Assembly (NCBI GenBank): GCA_038065475.1
Contig: JBBTQY010000015.1
Coordinates: 6,608-70,607 of the forward strand
Reading direction: 5' to 3'
Length of the DNA stretch: 64,000 bases
Source: Patescibacteria group bacterium
GTDB taxonomy: Bacteria; Patescibacteriota; Minisyncoccia; Ryanbacterales; GWA2-47-10b
The notes under the pieces were generated by a model. It was not told the origin of the DNA. It did no database searches and worked only from the letters and a program-made list of their open reading frames with translations. The position numbers and the translations under genes were made by a program. The stretch's first letter is position 1; each line of letters starts with the position of its first letter. Shown piece after piece: positions 58,149-64,000 of this stretch.

Positions 58149-58177
58149 ATGATAGTGAAAATACCCTCCCCTGTCAA
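58149..58177 (-). promoter_or_regulatory. tuf promoter
   Basis: TTGACA-N17-TATCAT on the minus strand. Confidence 0.65.
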
Positions 58178-58277
58178 TCCCGTTACATTTTTACTAGGCA
58201 TGATTTATAGAAAGTGCCTGTTTAATATCTAATAATCCCAATGCCACAAAAGAAAACCCAAAAAAATGTAACGGGAT
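58177..58277. repeat. 101-bp element with perfect 16-bp terminal inverted repeats (MITE-like)
   Basis: ATCCCGTTACATTTTT ... AAAAATGTAACGGGAT. Confidence 0.7.
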
Positions 58278-58555
58278 CAAATCAGGGCTTTGGGACTTCC
58301 CTCACAATGGAAGGTCGTCGGCCGTCGCATCAGTGCGCTCGAGGTCTTCGGTAGCCAGTTCTTCGGCAAAAGAGAAGTCACCGTCTACCTCGCGCTCATC
58401 AAAACCTTGGGGCTCGTGTGCCATATACAAAGCATAGCTTAGAAAAAATCAATATAAAAGAAGAACAGCGGAGCCCGTGGGGGCTCCGCTGTGGTGCGGG
58501 GTGTTCGCGGGGGTGCGAACGAGAGAACGGGGGAACGGGGGAACGAGAAGCTTCG

Positions 58556-59164
58556 TCAGCTGGTCGTGCGCGCCTGCGGGTCGTTCGAGCTGTGGCCCGG
58601 AACCCTGGCGAGTGCGCCGATGTCGTGCGGGCTGCCGCGCGAGCCGTCGTCGATGCCGGCGAAGGTGATGCTGCCGACGAGGATGCCGGCCGCGGTGGTG
58701 CTGATGGCGCCGCTGGCACCCGTGTCGTCGTAGAACGCCGTGCAGATCATCGTCTCGCAGACGCCGAGGCCAGCCTGGGCCATGGTCGTCGCGGTGGTGA
58801 GGTCGGCCTTCTTGCCGCCCTGCATGAACTGGTACACGCCGGACTCGGTCTTGGTCAGCTCGATGGCCGCGCCGGTCTGGTTGGTGTCGATCGTGCCGCT
58901 GCTCTGGGTCACGGTGGGCTCGGTCCAGTCGAAGGCGATCAGATCGCCTGCCATGAGCTCCACGCGCGGGACGAGCGCGATGTCGCGCTGGATGTTGTCG
59001 TCCGGGCCGGTGTCGATCATGCGGCCGATGTACGTCGAACCGGTGTTCGTCTGCTCCGTGCCCACGCCGAGCGGGACGAGCAGGCCGAGGGCCACGATCA
59101 TCGCCACAGCGATGGTCCACGGAGCGTAGGTGCCGATGCGGAACCGCTTGATGCTCTGGGTCAT
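58556..59164 (-). CDS. GC-rich exported, Thr-rich hypothetical protein between fusA and tuf
   Basis: TTGACG-N17-TATAGT at 59232-60, GGAGGA SD, N-terminal hydrophobic helix, terminator near 58464-58491. Confidence 0.7.
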   Translation of the reverse strand: MTQSIKRFRIGTYAPWTIAVAMIVALGLLVPLGVGTEQTNTGSTYIGRMIDTGPDDNIQRDIALVPRVELMAGDLIAFDWTEPTVTQSSGTIDTNQTGAAIELTKTESGVYQFMQGGKKADLTTATTMAQAGLGVCETMICTAFYDDTGASGAISTTAAGILVGSITFAGIDDGSRGSPHDIGALARVPGHSSNDPQARTTS

Positions 59165-59330
59165 CTTCTTTCCTCCGTCGTTGTCGAGGAGCTCCCCTGG
59201 TAAGGGGGCTCGGTGGTGGTACTTCCCCCTCACTATACCCAAGCTCGATATTTTCGTCAATATTCCTGTGCAAAAATCAAAAAGCGCCCCTCCGCATACG
59301 CTCCGGACGCTTTTTGGTCAAAATACGTTT

Positions 59331-61442
59331 TTATTTCCTGCCTGCTACGATCTCGGCGGCAACGTTTTTTGGTACTTCTTCGTATGAAGAGAACTCCATA
59401 GTGTATGATCCGCGTCCTTCAGTGCGCGATCTAAGGTTGGTCACATAGCCAAACATCTCTGAGAGCGGTACCTTCGCGTCGATAACCTTGAGATTGAGAC
59501 GGTCTTCCATGCGCTCAATGCGTCCACGCTTACTGTTGATGTCACCGGTCACCTCACCCATGAAGTCTGCGGGCACAATAACCTCCACTTTCATGATTGG
59601 CTCGAGCAATACCGGATCGGCACGCTTGGCAGCTTCCTGGAAGCCCATGGAACCTGCGATCTTAAATGCAGCTTCGTTTGAGTCTACATCATGGTATGAG
59701 CCGTCATAGAGAGTTGCCTTGACGTCAACGATGGGGAAGCCCGCAACCACACCCCTGTCGAGTGATTCACGAATACCTTTTTGTACCGCGGGGATAAATT
59801 CTTGAGGAATCGCGCCGCCCTTGATCTCGTTGATAAATTCAAAGCCTTTACCTGTCTCGTTTGGTTCAACACGCAAGCGCACGTGGCCGTACTGACCGCG
59901 ACCGCCTGACTGTTTGATGTATTTGCCTTCTGCCTCGGCTTTTTTGCGGATAGTTTCTTTGTAAGCTACCTGCGGCTTGCCTACATTTGCCTCGACATTA
60001 AACTCACGCTTCATGCGATCGACAAGAATTTCGAGGTGCAACTCACCCATACCTGAGATAATCGTCTCACCAGTCTCGCCGTTGCTACTGATACGAAATG
60101 TCGGATCTTCTTCAGAAAGACGCTTGAGCGCAAAACCCATACGCTCTTGGTCTGCCTTGGTTTTTGGCTCAATTTTGAGATCTACAACAGGCTCAGGGAA
60201 TATAATTTTTTCTAAAATCACCGGATGCTCAGGATCGGTCAGCGTATCACCAGTAGTAGTTGACTTGAGACCTACAATGGCACCGATCTCACCTGCGTGC
60301 ATTTCTTTTACTTCTTCGCGATGGTTTGCGTGCATACGCAAGATACGGCCTACACGTTCTTTTTGATCTTTAGTTGCATTGTAGATGTACGAACCCGCCT
60401 CGACAACGCCCGAATACACCCGGAAATAAGTAAGCTGACCTACAAAAGGATCAGTCTGCAATTTGAACGCAAGCGCGGAAAATGGAGCCTCATCAGATGT
60501 CTCGCGGATGATATCGGCGTCAGTATTTGGATCTTTACCTGTGACTGGCGGCCTGTCCAAAGGACTTGGCAAGTAGTCTACGACACCATCAAGCATCAAC
60601 TGCACGCCTTTATTTTTGAGTGCTGACCCGCAAAATACCGGCACAATCTTGTATCCGATAGTGGCAGCGCGCAAAGCTTTTTGTAATTTATCAAAAGAAA
60701 TTTCTTTGCCTTCCAAATATTGTTCCGTGAGTGCATCATCAGTCTCGACAATCTTTTCGAGCAAAATATGGCGAAACTTATCTGCTTCAGCTTTGAAATC
60801 TGCAGGGATTTCTTCTATCACAATCTTCTCGCCATGATCACCATGAAAACGAAAGGCCTTCATGCGCAAAAGATCAATCACACCTGCAAAATCTGATTCG
60901 AGACCAATTGGGAGCTGCACCGCAACTGCGTTTGGAGTTAAACGTTCAATGATCGAGTTAAAACTGCGCTCAAATGATGCGCCCGTGCGATCAAGCTTGT
61001 TGATGAAACACATGCGCGGCACTTTGTACTTGTCTGCCTGACGCCATACCGTTTCTGACTGAGGCTCTACGCCTGCCACACCGTCAAATACCACCACGCC
61101 ACCGTCGAGCACGCGAAGTGAGCGCTCTACCTCTACGGTGAAGTCTACGTGGCCAGGGGTATCGATGATGTTGATGCGATATTCGTGATCTTTATTTTTA
61201 TGTGCGTCAGGAAGGTACGTCGGGCGCCAAAAACAAGTGGTAGCAGCTGACGTGATCGTGATACCACGCTCACGCTCTTGTTCCATCCAGTCCATAACTG
61301 CTTCACCTTCGTGTACCTCGCCGATTTTGTGCGATACACCGGTGTAAAACAAAACACGCTCGGAGACCGTGGTCTTGCCAGCATCGATATGAGCAATAAT
61401 GCCAATATCACGGATACGCTCGAGAGGATAGTCGCGTGCCAT
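59331..61442 (-). CDS. fusA: Elongation factor G
   Basis: [30 protein letters not shown]. Confidence 0.99.
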   Translation of the reverse strand: MARDYPLERIRDIGIIAHIDAGKTTVSERVLFYTGVSHKIGEVHEGEAVMDWMEQERERGITITSAATTCFWRPTYLPDAHKNKDHEYRINIIDTPGHVDFTVEVERSLRVLDGGVVVFDGVAGVEPQSETVWRQADKYKVPRMCFINKLDRTGASFERSFNSIIERLTPNAVAVQLPIGLESDFAGVIDLLRMKAFRFHGDHGEKIVIEEIPADFKAEADKFRHILLEKIVETDDALTEQYLEGKEISFDKLQKALRAATIGYKIVPVFCGSALKNKGVQLMLDGVVDYLPSPLDRPPVTGKDPNTDADIIRETSDEAPFSALAFKLQTDPFVGQLTYFRVYSGVVEAGSYIYNATKDQKERVGRILRMHANHREEVKEMHAGEIGAIVGLKSTTTGDTLTDPEHPVILEKIIFPEPVVDLKIEPKTKADQERMGFALKRLSEEDPTFRISSNGETGETIISGMGELHLEILVDRMKREFNVEANVGKPQVAYKETIRKKAEAEGKYIKQSGGRGQYGHVRLRVEPNETGKGFEFINEIKGGAIPQEFIPAVQKGIRESLDRGVVAGFPIVDVKATLYDGSYHDVDSNEAAFKIAGSMGFQEAAKRADPVLLEPIMKVEVIVPADFMGEVTGDINSKRGRIERMEDRLNLKVIDAKVPLSEMFGYVTNLRSRTEGRGSYTMEFSSYEEVPKNVAAEIVAGRK

Positions 61443-61454
61443 ATAGTCAGTAGC

Positions 61455-61925
61455 TTACCACGCGAAGTGGGCGAAGGCCTTGTTGGCTTCCGCCATGCGG
61501 TGAGTATCGAGTTTTTTCTTGATAGCGGTGCCTTCGTTTTTTGATGCAAGCATAAATTCATCAGCAAGACGCTTTGATATCGGCTTGCCTTTCTTGGCGC
61601 GGGAAGCAGCGATGATCCAGCGCATCGCAAGAGTCATACGGCGATCGCCACGTACTTCACGAGGTACCTGATAGTTTGCGCCACCCACGCGGCGAGATTT
61701 TACCTCAACCTGCGGACCTACATTTTCAAGCGCTGCTTTAAAAACCACCATAGGATCTTCGATCTTTTGGATTTTCTTGATCTCGTCGAGCGCATCGTAC
61801 ATGCTGGTACGCGCCGTTGATTTTTTGCCACCGATCATGAGGTGGTTGATAAACTTTGCCAGGGTCTCATCGCCAAACTTTGGATCTGGCATGATATCTC
61901 GTTTGTAATTTCGTTTTCTACGCAT
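61455..61925 (-). CDS. rpsG: 30S ribosomal protein S7
   Basis: SRRVGGANYQVP, HRMAEANKAFAHF. Confidence 0.98.
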   Translation of the reverse strand: MRRKRNYKRDIMPDPKFGDETLAKFINHLMIGGKKSTARTSMYDALDEIKKIQKIEDPMVVFKAALENVGPQVEVKSRRVGGANYQVPREVRGDRRMTLAMRWIIAASRAKKGKPISKRLADEFMLASKNEGTAIKKKLDTHRMAEANKAFAHFAW

Positions 61926-61944
61926 AAGAAATATTCAGTAGTAA

Positions 61945-62364
61945 TTATGCCTTTGCCTTCGGGCGCTTTGAGCCGTACTTTGAGCGAGCCTGACGGCGAG
62001 TCTCAACACCTGACGCATCGAGTACACCACGAACAATGTGGTAGCGAACACCTGGCAAGTCCTTTACGCGACCACCGCGGATCATGACCACTGAGTGCTC
62101 TTGCAAGTTGTGACCGATACCTGGGATGTACGCGGTTACTTCGGTACCGTTTGAAAGACGTACACGCGCAACTTTACGGATAGCAGAGTTAGGCTTTTTA
62201 GGAGTCTGGGTGGTGACCTTCACACATACGCCACGCTTGAATGGCGAGCTGTGCCATACGCGCTTGTTGTGGATGGTATTAAAACTAAACCGCAAAGCAG
62301 GCGCCTTTGCCTTTTTGGGCACGCGCTTCCTGCCGTGACGAATCAATTGCTGAATAGTTGGCAT
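61945..62364 (-). CDS. rpsL: 30S ribosomal protein S12
   Basis: [27 protein letters not shown]. Confidence 0.98.
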   Translation of the reverse strand: MPTIQQLIRHGRKRVPKKAKAPALRFSFNTIHNKRVWHSSPFKRGVCVKVTTQTPKKPNSAIRKVARVRLSNGTEVTAYIPGIGHNLQEHSVVMIRGGRVKDLPGVRYHIVRGVLDASGVETRRQARSKYGSKRPKAKA

Positions 62365-62485
62365 ATAAAAATGTACCCTCGAGAATAACAAAAAGATGAT
62401 GCGGTGTCAAGAAAAATGCCCCCTCCCGACGGTTCGGGTAGGGGGCATGGCCTCATGGCTTCGTCTCGCAGAGATCAGGGCTTGG

Positions 62486-63178
62486 TCAGCCGCAGGCGCA
62501 GGGTACGCCCGAGGTGCTGGGTTTGCACGAGAGCCCGGTGGTGCAGTCGCCACCGCACTGGTTGGTACCGGGGATGAGCCCGCACGGTTGCGAGATCTGC
62601 GGCACACAGCGGCAGATGTCCGCGGCATCGGGCCGACAGACGTCGGTCGTGTCGGGGCAGGTACCACCGCACTGGTGAGGCGCGGTCGGTCCGCAGTCGG
62701 GATTCGGCGGCGTGGTCGTCTTGTAGGCCGGCACGAGAAGTTCACGCGTGGTCGCCTTGCGGTCGATCTGCGCGATTCCCCGTACGAACTGGTCCGAAAC
62801 GCCCTGCGCGAAGTTCGCCTGCGACGGACACCGCATCTTGTAGACGAAGTAGTCCGACTTGAGGTCGACACCCACGGGTGCCTGCCGCGGCACCTTGTCG
62901 ACGGGGATGCAGAGCTTGATGGGTCGCGGCGCCTTGAGCGGCAGCAGCCTGCAGCCGTCCTCGACCGCGAACGGCGGGACCTGGAAGGGGCGCAAGACGA
63001 GCGGGTCGAAGGCGTGCCCCGAGACCTGCAGCTCACCCTTCTTGAAGCCGATCTTGTAGCACTTGAGGTGGTCGAAGAGCGGCCCCGCCTGCGCGAACGC
63101 GCTGGCGGGCAGGATCATGGCCAGGACGGCCATCGTGACGGCCAGCGCCATCGTGGTCAACATTCGCTTCGTTGTCAT
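62486..63178 (-). CDS. Secreted Cys-rich protein (DHLKCYK-type domain plus Cys-rich tail)
   Basis: Signal peptide; FDHLKCYK...LCIPVD...YKMRC; two CGG.C repeats. Confidence 0.78.
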   Translation of the reverse strand: MTTKRMLTTMALAVTMAVLAMILPASAFAQAGPLFDHLKCYKIGFKKGELQVSGHAFDPLVLRPFQVPPFAVEDGCRLLPLKAPRPIKLCIPVDKVPRQAPVGVDLKSDYFVYKMRCPSQANFAQGVSDQFVRGIAQIDRKATTRELLVPAYKTTTPPNPDCGPTAPHQCGGTCPDTTDVCRPDAADICRCVPQISQPCGLIPGTNQCGGDCTTGLSCKPSTSGVPCACG

Positions 63179-63388
63179 GTATCCTCTTTCTCTCTGTGCC
63201 GTGTTTTTGAAGCACGGCGGGTTCGAAGTTCCGCACCAAACAAAAAAAGGCCTTTCTGCGAGACGAATTTGGAAGGTGCGATACAGCCGCCAATACTACA
63301 GTATTATTAAAAAATGTCAATACAACAACATAAAAAGAACCCCCTCCCAGACGACCCGGGAGGGGGTATGCGCGTGAGCGCGTGCGCC

Positions 63389-63862
63389 TTACGGCGAGAA
63401 GATGGTGGCGGGGACCACCACCATGGTGGGCCCGGGCTTGCCGTTGGCCGTTACAAGACCATCACCGAGACGCGAGTCGAGCGCCTCGGTGAAGTCGAGA
63501 CCAGTCTTGCCGCACGCGACCAGGTAAAGCAGGTATGCTGGTGCGTCGAGCGGAGTGCCGTAGGGGCCTTCGTCGGCGGACTGGATGTCGGCCGGGATGC
63601 AGACCATGAAGGGTTTGTGCCTCTTCAGATCGCACTCCTCGTACCCCATTCCGAACCCGGCGGGCTGGACGTAGATCTTGGGTCCCGCGTCGGTCGTGAA
63701 CGTCTCGCCTCTGGTCTTCGCCCGGTAACAGGCCAGACCATCGAAGATGGGGGAATCGGCGTGGGCGAAGGACGCCGCCAGATTGAGAATGCAGACGAGC
63801 GCCGCGATGGCCAGAAAAAGGAGCAGCACGAACCGGAAAGCCACCCAGATTCTTCGGAGCAT
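63389..63862 (-). CDS. Secreted protein paralogous to 62486-63178
   Basis: Signal peptide; FDGLACYR...VCIPAD...YLVAC...VPA. Confidence 0.75.
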   Translation of the reverse strand: MLRRIWVAFRFVLLLFLAIAALVCILNLAASFAHADSPIFDGLACYRAKTRGETFTTDAGPKIYVQPAGFGMGYEECDLKRHKPFMVCIPADIQSADEGPYGTPLDAPAYLLYLVACGKTGLDFTEALDSRLGDGLVTANGKPGPTMVVVPATIFSP

Positions 63863-63935
63863 AACTCGAACCTGCCTTTCTATAGGCTGTGGCTATGCTT
63901 TCGCATAGCGAGTTTGAGGGACTAAACTTTGCACT

Positions 63936-63964
63936 ATTATATCAATAAAATACGTATTTGTCAA
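63936..63964 (-). promoter_or_regulatory. Perfect consensus sigma70 promoter
   Basis: TTGACA-N17-TATAAT on the minus strand. Confidence 0.8.
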
Positions 63965-64000
63965 TAACACCCGAGCATAGCAAAAAAGCGAAAAAACACT

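Noticed and set aside
58495-58550. Short GGGGGAAC tandem and G-rich run after the 59164 gene
   Set aside because: Only two to three degenerate units in a 3' UTR; not enough to support a function
58399-59273. Long overlapping ORFs 58418-59203 (+), 58449-59273 (-) and 58399-58719 (-)
   Set aside because: Arg/Ala-rich shadow frames of a GC-rich gene; only the 59164 frame has a promoter, SD and signal-like N-terminus
62396-63925. Plus-strand ORFs 62396-63310 and 63314-63925, and minus-strand 62407-63036
   Set aside because: Shadow frames of the two GC-rich secreted genes

Overview
Core-genome segment of a small-genome bacterium. Assignment to Patescibacteria/CPR (Parcubacteria-like) is an inference from the missing rpmD between rpsE and rplO, the alpha2 GlyRS, the split ComEC and TGA used as stop. 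The window holds the str/S10/spc ribosomal cluster, aminoacyl-tRNA synthetases, smpB plus tmRNA, glycolysis and repair genes. The standout is a complete diversity-generating retroelement (DGR) at about 23.0-25.8 kb: RT, Avd, a 119-bp template repeat, and a target gene whose variable repeat differs at 24 positions, all of them TR adenines (aligned by hand). Its layout differs from the Bordetella phage paradigm: avd lies antisense between TR and RT, and a C10 tract puts the nearest upstream ATG one base out of frame with avd, a candidate phase-variable switch for diversification. Other notable signals are GC-rich solo genes with their own sigma70-type promoter, SD and terminator inserted among housekeeping genes; a 5.4-kb insert splitting rpsJ from rplC that carries repeated 5' fragments of one gene, Asp-to-Glu pseudo-receivers and a candidate ncRNA; a histidine-phosphatase domain inside IleRS; and an FtsK-gamma-like/Zn-finger orphan. 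No database searches were run; product calls rest on motif recognition.
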